From positions 348,254,001 to 348,318,000 of the forward strand of contig OZ024743.1 in assembly GCA_964016885.1 (NCBI GenBank): a stretch of 64,000 nucleotides of DNA, in the 5' to 3' direction. Both the position numbers and the translations under genes were made by a program. Every line of letters starts with the position of its first letter. The stretch's first letter is position 1. The DNA is from Eledone cirrhosa (taxonomy: Eukaryota). This document shows, piece by piece, positions 49,694 through 62,259 of the stretch. The notes beneath the pieces are model-generated. The model was not told the DNA's origin, did no database searches, and saw nothing but the letters and a program-made list of their open reading frames with translations.

Positions 49694-50237
49694 TACACAT
49701 AGAAGTAAATAGTTATATAATACTTTGTCGAGAGAATTGTTGAAGGGTTGCAGGCAGAGTAATTATGACAGCAAAGAGTTATTTAGAAAAGAAACATGAA
49801 ATCGTAATTTACACCCACTTCAGTCAGCCCATCAAAATTCACAGTTTTGCGTAAAGAAATAGCAAATTTAGTGTTATCTCATTCTACACCAGGTTTCACC
49901 TAAACTTCAGATTTGATTAAACTCATTCTCACTAGACGATTCAAATCACACTTGACATCAGCATTTTCAGAGATATTATTTATTTATTGATTAATTAATT
50001 CATATATTATTATTATTATTATTGGTTGGTGAAGCCACGCTTCTAATCGCCTCCAGTCTTTTTCAATGTTTTACCTCTTTTTCAACCGTTCTAAACCTTT
50101 TATTCAAGTTTTAAATTTGATAAAAGTTTAGAAGAAGTGACCCACCTAATACAGGGGTCACGAGTAAATAATACGGCACCCCTTTACGGGGTGTCGTATT
50201 CGTATATGTGTAAAAATATTTTTTGAAAAATTTCAAC

Positions 50238-52340
50238 ATGGATAACACAAAAAAGAAAGAGAGCGCTGTCAGACAACACAGAGAGAGGGAGACTTTATCA
50301 GCATGTCAACAAGACAGCGTTCCAGCGGAGGTAAATATAAACGAAAATATTACAAAGGAAAAGAAGATTGTTACAGATTTAAAATTAACAAATATTTCTA
50401 ACATAAACAATACCAACAATAACACCAACAACAACACCAACAACATCACCAACAATAACACCAACAACAAAACCAACAACATCACCAACAACAACACCAA
50501 AAATAACAGCCGTAAAATCGAGAACGACAATAACAAAAATAACAGCGGTAAAGTCGAGAACGACAATAACAAAAATAACAGCGGTAAGGTCGAGAACGAC
50601 AATTACAAAAATAACAGCGGTAAGGTCGAGAACGACAATAACAATGACAATAACAACAGCCGCAACAACAATAATAGTAGGAACAGTATCAACAAAAACA
50701 ACAATAATAACAACAGCCACAATAACAGTAACAGCAGCAACAGTATCAACGAAAACAACACCAACAACTGTACCAGCGAAAAGAACAACAATGACACCGA
50801 TACCTGCAATAGCGACCTCAGCACCACCAGTAAGACCAGTAGCGGCAGCAATAGTGGTGCTGCTGAAAAAGGGACCACTTCTTTTGCAGGTGTCGCCCGA
50901 AATATCGAGACAGTGTTAGTCACAGAGGAGGAGATGGCAGTCGCAAGGGCCATGGTGACAAGAAGCGCAAATAGAGTTTCCCTGAAACCTCCACCCGATT
51001 TTTTCAAGGACCAGCAGCTACGAACGGTGACTTACCGCACCGTAAGCAAAATCTCACATCGAGTGGAGAGAGCCACGGAGGCTCAAATCCAAAAGGCCTT
51101 GGGGTGCATCTGGGCACGTAAAACACACATCACCCGAGGCAGAAAGTACGCCACAGTAGACGTACTTTTCGCCACCCCCCAGGAAGCAAAGTCTCACTCT
51201 TTGGAAACCCTAAAGAGTGAGGAGTTAGTCTTGGTGCCCTCCTACTGCGGGCAGAAAATTGTGAGGGTCAAAGTGACCCAGGTCCCACCCGACCTGCCCA
51301 TACCTTGGCTGGCCGCGTCTGTCCTTGCTGGAATTGACAACAGGGTGACCATGCTGCAAGTAGAAAAAATGGGGAGAGAGAACTGGACAGGTATAGGCAT
51401 GCAAATGCTTATACAAACTGACCAGGAATGTATCAAGGCTATCTCCGATGTCATAGACTTTGAGGAAGGACTCCAACTCCCTATAAGTGTAGAAGGAAGA
51501 CGGCCAAAATGTTATCACTGTGGGTCGAAAGGTCACCTCAGGGCCTTTTGGCCGCAGAAGACACCGAAGAGGGCCCCTCTCCTTCCAATACCTGGTCCGT
51601 TGCTACCAAGAGCAGGACAGGCAACAAACGAAGAAGCCCCTTCCACGGTGAGTAGGAGGGAAACGTCCGTAGCACCCGTACCAAGGCCACGGATAACTAA
51701 AGCAGCATCATCAGTAGCGCCAACACCAATAGCTACATTTGAAATAGCTACACCAGCAACAATATTGCCGAAGAGGGCTCCACTACCACCACCAACAGCC
51801 GTGGAGCACATACCCCTCCCAGACGCCACAGAATCCGACATAGAGTTTGAGGTGGGAGTGACGTGGCAAACAATCTGCCACAAAAAAGAAAAAGGAAAAA
51901 ACCCTTAGATTCACCCTCCAAAAGCGAAGGCATACAAAGAGGGGTAAAGGCAGCAAGGAAACACCAACAATGCAAACACAACAAAACATACACACCAAAC
52001 AGCAACAAAAAGAAAACGGCAACAAAATCACCCCTCCCCCCAAAAAGTACACAGCCATAAACATAGCAAAAAAAGAACTGATAAAATATATAAAGCAGCA
52101 CACAGACATCACGGAAAAAAATTACTACATCCACCAACACCAAGAACTCTCCCGACAAACATAAGCATCATCGAAATCTCATTAGAACAATACAAACCTT
52201 TAAAACAAAAATTCCCCAACGCAGTTGGAGACTTCAGAGGGACGGTTACCAAGAGGATATACACTGACATCCTCTTGGAAACACCCATGACCAACGAAAG
52301 GGACGGTTCTACTGTCCCTTCACCACACGAACAAGGTATG
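50238..52340 (+). pseudogene. Tx1-like ORF1, frameshifted after ~51900
   Basis: Open 50238-51908; Asn-rich tract, RTVTYRT, CYHCGSKGHLRAFW (last Cys lost); C-terminal KQKFP..IYTDIL in other frames. Confidence 0.88.
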
Positions 52341-52373
52341 ACCCTTTCTCATTTGCCCCGTTTCTCATCCAAC

Positions 52374-55300
52374 ATGGCTGTACTCAGAATAGGCAGTATA
52401 AATGCACGTGGCCTGGGGTCATCTTGGAAGCAGGGTCACCTGCTCAATGACCTCAGGTCACTAAACATAGATGTGGTGGCCATCAGTGAAACCAGATCTC
52501 CGAGGCACGGGCCTTCGCACCGATCTTCGGCGGCTACGATGTATACGCATCTCCCAGCCGTCCAGGATCGGGGGGAGGGGTTGCCGTTCTTTTTCGGAGA
52601 GGCTTGGAACTCGCGATACCGGCCATCTTCCTGGACCCAGAAGGTAAGTCGGTGGTGCTGGACGTCACCGGCAGCGAAGGCAATGCTTTCAGGCTAGTAG
52701 CCGTCTACGCCCCAACAGGGGCAGGACGCCCAGATTTCTTCAGACGTCTAGAGACCTTTCTTGGAACGTCCCGCTCTTTAGTGTTAGTGGGCGACTGGAA
52801 CGGTATCTTGGATGCACGCTGGGATCGTGTGGGGCTAGTGGATAGGGGAGGGGGGTGCAAGAGCATCACCAACCTGCTCAGACGTTTTGAACTGTCTGAC
52901 AGGTATCGACTGGATCACCCGAATGTGCCAATGTGGACATGGACAAACCGCATCGGGTCATCCAGATCGTATCTAGATAGGGTATTCTGCAGGGAACTAG
53001 ATAAAGCAAGTATAAGTTGTCCACAATTTAAAATAGTCGACTACACAGCCCAGAAATTTGTGATCTGTGAGATCGACATAGACAGACTTGATAGATAAGG
53101 GCCTGGTTACTGGAAGCTGAACGCGTCTTTCCCGGCGCGCAAGGCCTACAGAGACCGGATTAGCGTATTAGTTAAGCGGGCGTTGATGGGAGCAGTCGTC
53201 AACAATAGGTGGTGGTTCGCCCTGAAAAGGGCAATTAAAGTAAAGTCGATTAGGTTTAGCAAAGGAGTAGTGATAGAGGAAAATAGAGTAGAGGGAGAGC
53301 TAGTCAGAAAGCTAGAAGAGGCGTTTTGGACAGGCATCCCAACCGACGTGCTTGCGGCGAGATTGGCACTCGACCAAACCAATTCTTCAACGCAAAACAC
53401 GAAGGCTGCGTTGTCAGAGCTAGAGCGCGTGCTCTGAAACACGAGGGGACAAAAGCCGTCCAATGGGCCCGGGTGGCAGAGGTGCGACGTGGCAATAAAG
53501 CCACAATTTGGCCTTTGTCTGACCAAAACGGGTGCGTGATGCTCGAACATGAGCGGATGTGTGAAGCTTTTCAGCAGCACTTTGCTGAACTGTTCGGGAG
53601 CGGCGGCGGCCCGGATCGGGACTTGGACTTCAGTGCATACCTCGACGGACTGCCTCGGCTCTCGACGACCGCAGCACAGTGTTGCGAAAAGCCAATAACA
53701 GCCGGTGAATAACGGGAAGCGATGGCTAACTGCACAAGAGGTAAATCGCCAGGTTTAGATGGTCTGCCCTACGAGCTTTATGCATTTATGTCAGACTTGT
53801 TCGGTGACATCTTGGCAGACGTCTACTGCAACTGGCAGCAGAACGAGGGCATTCCCAGTTTTGTGAGCCGGGGAGCAGTGGCGCTGCTGAGGAAAACCCG
53901 AACAAGGGGGATGTTATTGATAATTTCAGGCCCATAACACTGCTAAACGCAGAGTTCAAGATTTTGGCCAAGGTGTTAGCAACGAGGTTGGCGCTTGTCG
54001 TCAAGGGTCTGGTGGGAGAGGCGCAGACATGCGCCATCCCGGACAGATCCATACACGACAACCTCCACCTCATGCGATACATCATAGAGAGGGTGGTTAA
54101 GGAACCTGGCACGGGTGGGGCCCTTATCAACTTGGATCAATCCAAAGAATTCGATAGGGTCGACCATCGGTACCTGGCGGCGGTCCTCGAGGCTGCCGGT
54201 TACGGGCCCGTTTTCAGGCGTTGGATCACAGCAATGTACAGCGACATCTGCTCAGTTGTGATGGTGAACGGTCACCTGTCGCAGCCGTTCAGCATCATGC
54301 GCTCAGTCCGCCAGGGTTGTCCCCTCTCGTCCCTCTTGTACGTATTAGCACTCGAGCCGTTACTGCACAAACTGGTGGCGATGAGGGGCGTCCCACGCGA
54401 ACTAGGATGCGGGAAATCCGAGTCGGCTTACGCTGACGACGTCACCGTGGTGGTGTCGAGCACCAGACACGTCCAGATGCTCGGCACCGCTCTCAAGGAA
54501 TACGAAACGGTGACAGGAGCAAAGATAAACCAGGGAAAGTCGGTGGGCTTGCAGCTAGGCACCTGGAGAGGAAAGTCCATGCCGTCCGTCAGCGTCGTGG
54601 GGCGTTGGACGGACGGCCCGGTTAAATTGCTCGGGGTCTGGTTCGGACCGGACCTCCAGATGGAGAAAAACTGGAACGAGGTGACGAGCAGGGTGGCCTC
54701 CCTCACCCAGAAATGGGCTGAGAGGAAGCTGTCCCTGAAAGGCCGGGCGGAAGTGGCGAATGCGTACATCGCATCCGTCATCTGCTACCGCCTCACCGTC
54801 GTCCCTTGCTCCAGCCCAACTCTCACCAAAATAGAACGCCTCCTCTTCCGCTTTTTGTGGAAGGGACGCGCTCCCATGGTCAGACGATCCTTCTGCTGTC
54901 TACACCCATTGCGTGGAGGACTGGGCATGCCATAGCTGATGATGCGCAAACAAGCGCTGAGGTTGCGACATCTCTGGTGCTTCCTTGATGGTAAACGGGT
55001 GTGGTCGCCGTTCGCCAGGCACATTTTCCCACAGCTCGTCTCCTTGACGGAGCTGCAGTCCTGGGTCAGAAAAAGACTGAGGGATAGCGCTTGGAAACTG
55101 GAATGTCTCCAGGCACTCACTGCCCTCTCCCAGTTGGGCACTAGTATCGGTGGAATATCCACCTCGGCGTTCTATAGAGGACTAGTGGAGGGGAAGAGCG
55201 ATGACGTTCTCGGAGATATCCTGGGCGTCTTAGAAGATCAGCTGCTTGCTCTCTTCCGGAGAACTTTCAGCCCGGGGCCTATGGATAACTTCCAAAAATC

Positions 55301-55794
55301 CCTGGCCTGGCAGTGCTACCGGAGAGCGCTGCCGGTTCGAGATAAGCTCTACAGGCACGGAAGTGCCGTCAGCCGAGCCTGTCTGAGATGCGCGCATAGC
55401 GACGAAACCTTTGTGCACGCACTCGTTCAGTGCCCGAGCATTGCTGACTTGTGGAGCTATGTCGAAAGTTGCTGTCATGTGTGGGACTGATCCGGTTGTC
55501 GACCGAGTCCATTGTGCAGATGGTCTCGCCATCTTCCTTTGAGGAGGAGGGCAGGCGGTTTTCATCTGCCTGGTGGCCATGGCGAAAGAGATTGTGTGGT
55601 GGACAAGGTTAAAAGGATTAAAGACAAACACTTTCCTCTTCGGCGAATCCCTGATTAACTTTTTCAAGTTTCACTTGAAGAGGAAAATCAGGGTGGAGAG
55701 GCAAGTGCTGCTTTCTAGCAAGTTTGTTGAAAGGTGGGTGAATGTAGCGAGAATGGTCCGAGTGAACGGGACCACTCTGAATATACGTCTGTAG
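52374..55794 (+). pseudogene. Tx1-like ORF2 (APE-RT-CCHC), multiply disrupted
   Basis: INARGL, ISETR, VYAP, GDWN, SYLDR, KSPGLDG, QGCPLS, YADD, CLRC..HALVQC. Confidence 0.95.
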
Positions 55795-56081
55795 TTTGAG
55801 AGATGGAAAAATTGAGAGAGGGCGCTTGCCCTGGTAGTCAGGGAGGCCGTGGTCTTTTGTGTGGTTTTCGCCACGAGTAACCCTCGGAGGTTTCACCCCT
55901 ATTGGGGAATTTTTCATTGTTTCAATTTTCAGTTTATTGTTTATATATATATATGTTTTATGTCTTTTTTCTTTTCTTATATAAATAATTAAAATATTTA
56001 CACGCACAAAACCCACGTCGTACCGTCCTGTTCCGTCTGTGATGTTTTTCTTGATGTCAGCACTTGTGGCCAATAAAGAAA

Positions 56082-56134
<53 letters not shown>

Positions 56135-56341
56135 GGCGACCTACGTAGTAAATCGTATCATCGTGAGCTCCGCAAGGGTTTGTTATTTCCGTTTGTTAAA
56201 AATTGCCATTTATGGAAAATTTTATTGTTAACTGTTTATAAGCACACATACATTGTTTTCCGAAAAGGACACCCAAAAAGATTGGGGCCTTGTGCCCAAA
56301 ATTTTAACTTTTATTATTATCCAAAAATTTCTTTGAAAAGA

Positions 56342-58308
56342 ATGGCTAATTCCCCTCTGCACGAAGCAGCTGAAAGCCTTCCTCACAAAATAACACCTCA
56401 CACCGACACCACCATTGTAAATGTTACTACGTTTGCCAACACAAAAAAAAATATAAGCAGTAGCAATATTTTAAATTTGTCTCCGGCAGACATTCATTTC
56501 CCGCCATTACCAATGACTGCAGGTGTTAAAACCTCCACCACCACCACCACCGCGACAACCACCACCCCCACCACCACCGCGACAACAGAAACAAAAGAAG
56601 AAAAAATAAATTAACTCGTGATGTCGAAATGAAATCAAGCAAAATGGACTCTTCCGCACCAAAGACGACTGACGTCACCACCACCACAACTGAAACTAAA
56701 ATTAATATTAACACAAATAACGATAGCAACAACAACAACAATGACATTATAAAACCGATCCTGAGTTTCGCCATAGTAGCAAAACAATTTGAAGCATTCA
56801 CGGTAACTCAAGACGATTTAGAAAATGCCAAACACATGGTAAAGAAAAATGGGTACAGGGTCAGCCTCACCCCCCCCACCTAATAAAATGGAGCATCGGC
56901 GCCTATGCACCGTGTCATATAGAACAATAAATGTAAAATCGCGCCGAGTGGAACGGGCATCCGAGTCCCAAATCCAAAAAGCTTTGGGATATGTGTGGGC
57001 AAGAAAAACCCACATCAGACGTGGGCAAAAGTATGGAACCGTGGATGTGTTCTTTGAAACACCAGAAGAAGCTAGAGAACACTCCATGGCCCCATTAAAA
57101 AGTGACGACTTCACACTCGTCCCAAGCTATTGTGGCCAGAGACTCGTAAAGATCAGGGTGACCCACGTTCCACCGGCCATCGAAATTCCCTCGCTAATAG
57201 CGGCTGTCCTCGCCGGCATCGAAGCCAACACGAAAATAATAGCAATAGCAAAAGAAAAGCAGGAAAACTGGTCCGGATCTGGGATGGAGCTCCTAATCCA
57301 AGCGGACCAAAAAAGCATTGAGGAGATCCCAGAGGTAATAGACCTCACTGACGGCAGCCACCTCACGGTAATTGTCGAGGGCAGAAGACCTAGGTGTGTC
57401 ATTTGTGGTGAAGGAACCCACCTAAGGGCTTTCTGCCCTCAGGTTAAAAGGTTGAGGCCACCTCTCCTACCCACCCCAGTGACACAACCATCAACACCAC
57501 CAGTAGCAGAGATGGCAGCAACAACTGTAGCAGCAACAACAGAAGCAACTATAACAGCAACAACCCCAGCAACAGTAGCAGAACCAACACCACCACCACC
57601 CAACGCTTCAGAACTAGCACCAGCGCCTACACCATCCACCACACCACAACCAAAACTAACGGCTGTGGAGGATTTTCCACTCCCCGGCATATCACAACTG
57701 GAGACAGATTGTGACGACGAGGAGTGGGAAACGATATCCGGAAAAAAAAAAGAAACCAAAAAAGAAAAAATTCTGTTCCTTCCCCCTCCAAAAACAAAAT
57801 ACAGAGGGAAACAAATAAACTAAGAAACAAAAAAGTTAGGACAGATATGCCACCATCCACACCAGCATCACCAACCCCATCAACCCAAACACCAACACCA
57901 TCACCATCATTAACTCCAACACCACCATCACCTACACCACAAAAGTCACCAAAATGCGAAACAGAAACAAACCCACAACAAACGCAAACAAAACAAAACA
58001 ACCAAAACGATACACACTACACAGCATTAAATTTGAACAACAAGCAATTATTACACTACATCCAACACAACACCAGCATCACAGAAAAAGACTACACAAC
58101 AACCCCAAAATTCACACCACCTCCACACATACAAATCACTCGCATCACACAGAAAACGTACGTGACACTAAAACAAAAATTCCCCAAAGACATCGAAGAC
58201 TTCCGACAAGCACTCTCCAGGAGGATTTATAAGGACATCCTTCCTGAGGAGGCCACAAGCAGTGAAAAGGATGGAAAAACCGTCCTTCCCCTACGAGAAG
58301 TAAGGTAA
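56342..58308 (+). pseudogene. Tx1-like ORF1, interrupted mainly at homopolymer runs
   Basis: Pieces 56342, 56629, 56849, 57724; CVICGEGTHLRAFC knuckle. Confidence 0.88.
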
Positions 58309-58342
58309 GTGGTCTTTCCCATCTTTTCCACTCCTTTTCAAC

Positions 58343-61300
58343 ATGACCTCACTCAGAATAGGCAGCATAAATGCGCGTGGCTTGGGGTCGTCATGGAAGC
58401 AGGGCCACCTGCTCAACGACCTCAGGTCACTAAACATAGATGTAGTGGCCATCAGCGAGACCAGAATCTCCGAAGCACAGGCTTTCGCACCGATCTTCAG
58501 CGGCTACGATGTGTACGCATCTCCCAGCCGTCCGGGATCGGGGGGAGGAGTTGCTGTGCTTTTTCGGAGAGGTTTGGATCTTGCCATACGGGCCATCTTC
58601 CTGGACCCAGAAGGTAAGTTGGTGGTGCTGGACGTGACCAGCGGAGACGGGCAAGCTTTCAGGTTAGTGGCCGTCTATGCCCCGACAGGAGCAGGGCGGC
58701 CTGATTTCTTCCGGCGTCTGGAGACCTTTCTTGGAACGTCCCGCTCTTTAGTGTTAGTGGGCGACTGGAACGGGATCTTAGATGCACGCTTGGATTGTGT
58801 GAGATTAGTGGATAGGGAAGGAGGGTGCAAGAGTCTCACCAACCTGCTCAGACATTTTGAACTGTCTGACAGGTACCGAATGGATTTCCCGAATATAGCA
58901 ATGTGGACTTGGACAAATCGCATAGGGTCATCCAGATCATATCTAGATAGAGTATTTTGTAGGGAAATAGATAGGTCTAGCATAGGCTGTCCACAATTCA
59001 AGATAGTCAGCTACACGGACCACAAATTCGTGATCTGTGTGCTTGACTTACATAGGCTTCATAGACGAGGACCCGGCTACTGGAAGCTAAACGCGTCCTT
59101 ACCAGCGCGCAAGGACTACAGAGATCGGATTAGCGAACTAGTTAAGCGGGCGTTGACGGGGGCCATCGTCAACAACAAGTGGTGGTTTGCTCTGAAAAGA
59201 GCAATTAGAATAGAGTCCATTAGGTTTAGTAAGACTTTAGCAATAGAGAAAAATAGAGCAGAGGGAGAATTAGTTAGAAAATTAGATGAGTCGCTTAGCA
59301 AAGGCATCGCGACCGACGTACTTGCGGCGAAATTGGCCCTTGACCAATTCTTCAATGCAAAGCACGAAGGCTGCGTTGTCAGAGCTAGGGTGCGTGCTCT
59401 CAGACACGAGGGGACGAAAGCCGTTCAATGGGCCCGAGTGGCGGAGGCGCGTCGTGGCAACAAAGCCACGATCCGGTCTTTGGTGGACCACGACGGGCGC
59501 ATGCTACTCGATCCCGGGCAAATGTGTGAAGCTTTTCAGCGACACTTCGCTCAACTGTTCGGGGGCAGTGGCGGGCCGGATCGAGGGATGGACTTTAGTG
59601 TCTACCTCGACGGACTGCCGCGGCTTTCGGCCACTGAGGCGGAGTGTTGCAAAAAGCCGATAACAATCGCTGAAGTACGGGATGCAATGACTAGTTGCAC
59701 AAGGGGTAAATCGCCTGGTTTGGATGGTCTGCCCTATGAACTTTACGTACAAATGCCAAACTTGTTCGGAGGCCTCTTGGCGGACGTCTACTGCAACTGG
59801 CAACAGAACGGGAGAATTCCCAGCTCTGTGAGCCGAGCAGCGGTGGCGCTGCTGAGAAAGGATCCGAACAAGGGGGATAACATAGATCATTTTAGGCCCA
59901 TAACTCTGCTAAACACAGAGTTCAAGATTTTGGCCAAGGTGCTAGCAAGAGGTTGGCGCTTGTCGTTGGTGGTCTGGTGGGAGAGGCACAGACATGCGCC
60001 ATTCCCGACAGATCCATCCACGACAACCTCCACCTCATGCGATACATCGTAGAGAGGGTACCTAGGGAACCTGGCACGGGTGGGTCTTTGATCAATTTAG
60101 ATCAGTCGAAAGCCTTCGATAGGGTCGACCATCGTACCTAGCGGCAGTCCCGAGGGCGGCTGGCTTTGGGCCCGTCTTCAGAGGCTGGATCGCTGCCATG
60201 CACAGCGACATCTGCTCTGTAGTGAGAGTGAACGGTCATCTTTCGGAACAGTTCAACATCATGCGCTCGGTCCGCCAAGGATGTCCCCTCTCGTCCCTAT
60301 TGTACGTATTAACTCTCGAGCCATTACTGCACAAACTGGAGACGTTGAGGGGGGTCCCGCGCGAACTAGGATGCGGAAGATCCGTGTCAGCATATGCCGA
60401 CGATGTCACCGTAGTGGTGTCGAACGCCAAACACATCGAGGCGATCGGCACTACACTAAGAGAATACGAAGCGGTGACAGGAGCAATGATCAACCAGGAA
60501 AAGTCAGTGGGCCTGCAGCTCGGCACCTGGAGAGGCAAGTCCATGCCGTCCAACAGCGTCGTCCGGCGCTGGACGGACGGACCGGTTAAATTGCTAGGGG
60601 TGTGGTTGGGTCCAGACCTCCAGACGGACAAAAACTGGGACGAGGTGACGAGCAGGGTGGCTTCTCTCACCCAGAAATGGGCCGAGAGGAAGCTATCCCT
60701 GAAAGGTCGAGCGGAGGTGGCGAATGCGTACATCGCATCCGTCATCAACTACCGCCTGACCGTCGTAACCTGTCCTAAGCCCCGCCTGAATGCGCTGGAG
60801 CGTTTGCTCTTTCGCTTCTTGTGGAAGGGACGCGCTCCGATGGTCAGGCGGTTCATCTGCTGTCAACACCCGCTACGTGGAGGGCTGGGCATGCCGTGGC
60901 TGATGATGCGCAGACACGCGCTCAGGCTACGACATCTCCACCTCTTCCTCGACGGTGATCAGGTGTGGTCGCCGTTTGCTAGACACGTTTTTCCCAAGCT
61001 CGTCTCCTTGACGGAGCTGCAGTCCTGGGTCAAGCGAAGACCGAGAGGGAGCGCTTGGAGACTGGAATGTGTTCAGGCGCTCACAGTCCTCGACCAATCG
61101 GGCAATGTGATCGGTGGAAACTCCACCTTGGCGTTCTATAGGGGATTAGTGGAGGGGAAGAGCGACGACGTACTTGGAGAAACTCTAGGCGTCGACGAAA
61201 ATCAACTAGCCAATCTCTTCGGAAGGACTTTCGGGCCGGGGCCTATGGACAACTTCCAGAAATCCCTGGCCTGGCAGTGCTACCGAGGAGCTTTGCCAGT

Positions 61301-61760
61301 TCGGGATAAACTCTACAGGCATGGAGGTGCCGTCAGCCGGGCATGTCCGAGATGCGCGCAGGGCGACGAAACCGTCCTGCACGCACTCGTCCAGTGTCCG
61401 AGCATTGCTGACTTGTGGGTTTATGTTGAACACCTGCTGTCACGTGTAGGACGGATCCAGCTATCAGCTGAGTCCATCGTGAGGATTGCCCCGCCCCCTT
61501 CCTTTAGCCGGGAAGGGCAGGCAGTTTTTATCTGTCTGGTGGCCATGGCGAAAGAGATAGTATGGTGGACACGTTTGAAAGGGCTGAAGACGAGCACTTA
61601 CCTCTTCGGTGATGCCCTGAGTAACTTTTTCAAATTTCATCTGAAAAGGAAAATCAGGGTAGAGAGGGAAGTGCTCTCTTCCCAGCATTTTGTTGAAAGA
61701 TGGGTGAGAGAAGCAAGTATGGCCCGAATGAATGGGCCTTCTCTGAGTATGTGTCTGTAA
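58343..61760 (+). pseudogene. Tx1-like ORF2, nearly intact (frameshifts near 59950 and 60138)
   Basis: 569-aa and 520-aa open segments with APE, RT (LDQSKAFDRVDH, QGCPLS, YADD) and CPRC..HALVQC motifs. Confidence 0.96.
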
Positions 61761-62047
61761 ATTAAAGGTGGAAAACTGGGAGAGGGCACTTGCCCTGGTG
61801 GTCAGGGCCACTGTGGTCTTTTAATGGGCTTTCTCCACAAATGTCCCTCGGAAGTCTCCCCCCTATTTGTGAATTTTTCTTTGTTATTTTATTTCATCCT
61901 CTGTTTTTTTTACACGCAGAAATGCCCATTTGTACCGTCCTGTATTGTCCTGTACTGTCCTTAATGTCTACTATATGTAAACCCTTGTGGTTAATAAAGA
62001 AAACATTATTATTATTATTATTATTACTATTATTATTATTATTATTA

Positions 62048-62226
62048 CAGTTGTATTTACCTTTCTTTATGTTCATACGAGTTATCACCAAGTCACAACC
62101 AGTGACCTCAAGAGACAACAAGGTCCGCCATGTTCAAGAAAGAACATATATACACACACATGCATCTTTAATTGTTTAGACTTGTGATGTACTTATGGGC
62201 AGTTCCCATTAGTACTATCTTTTGTA

Positions 62227-62228
<2 letters not shown>
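62048..62228 (-). mobile_element. Short 3' fragment of Dong-like family X
   Basis: Reverse complement of the family X 3'UTR and last codons, between (ATT)n tracts. Confidence 0.9.

Positions 62229-62258
<30 letters not shown>

Positions 62259-62259
<1 letters not shown>

Larger units (their letters stand above)
50024..56134 (+). mobile_element. Tx1/L1-clade LINE copy B, full-length, defective
   Basis: (ATT)n|GG start, ORF1, ORF2, CTTGTGGCCAATAAAGAAATC(ATT)n end. Confidence 0.95.
56135..62047 (+). mobile_element. Tx1/L1-clade LINE copy C, full-length, head-to-tail behind copy B
   Basis: Starts GG directly after the (ATT)n tail of B; ends CTTGTGGTTAATAAAGAAAAC(ATT)n. Confidence 0.95.
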
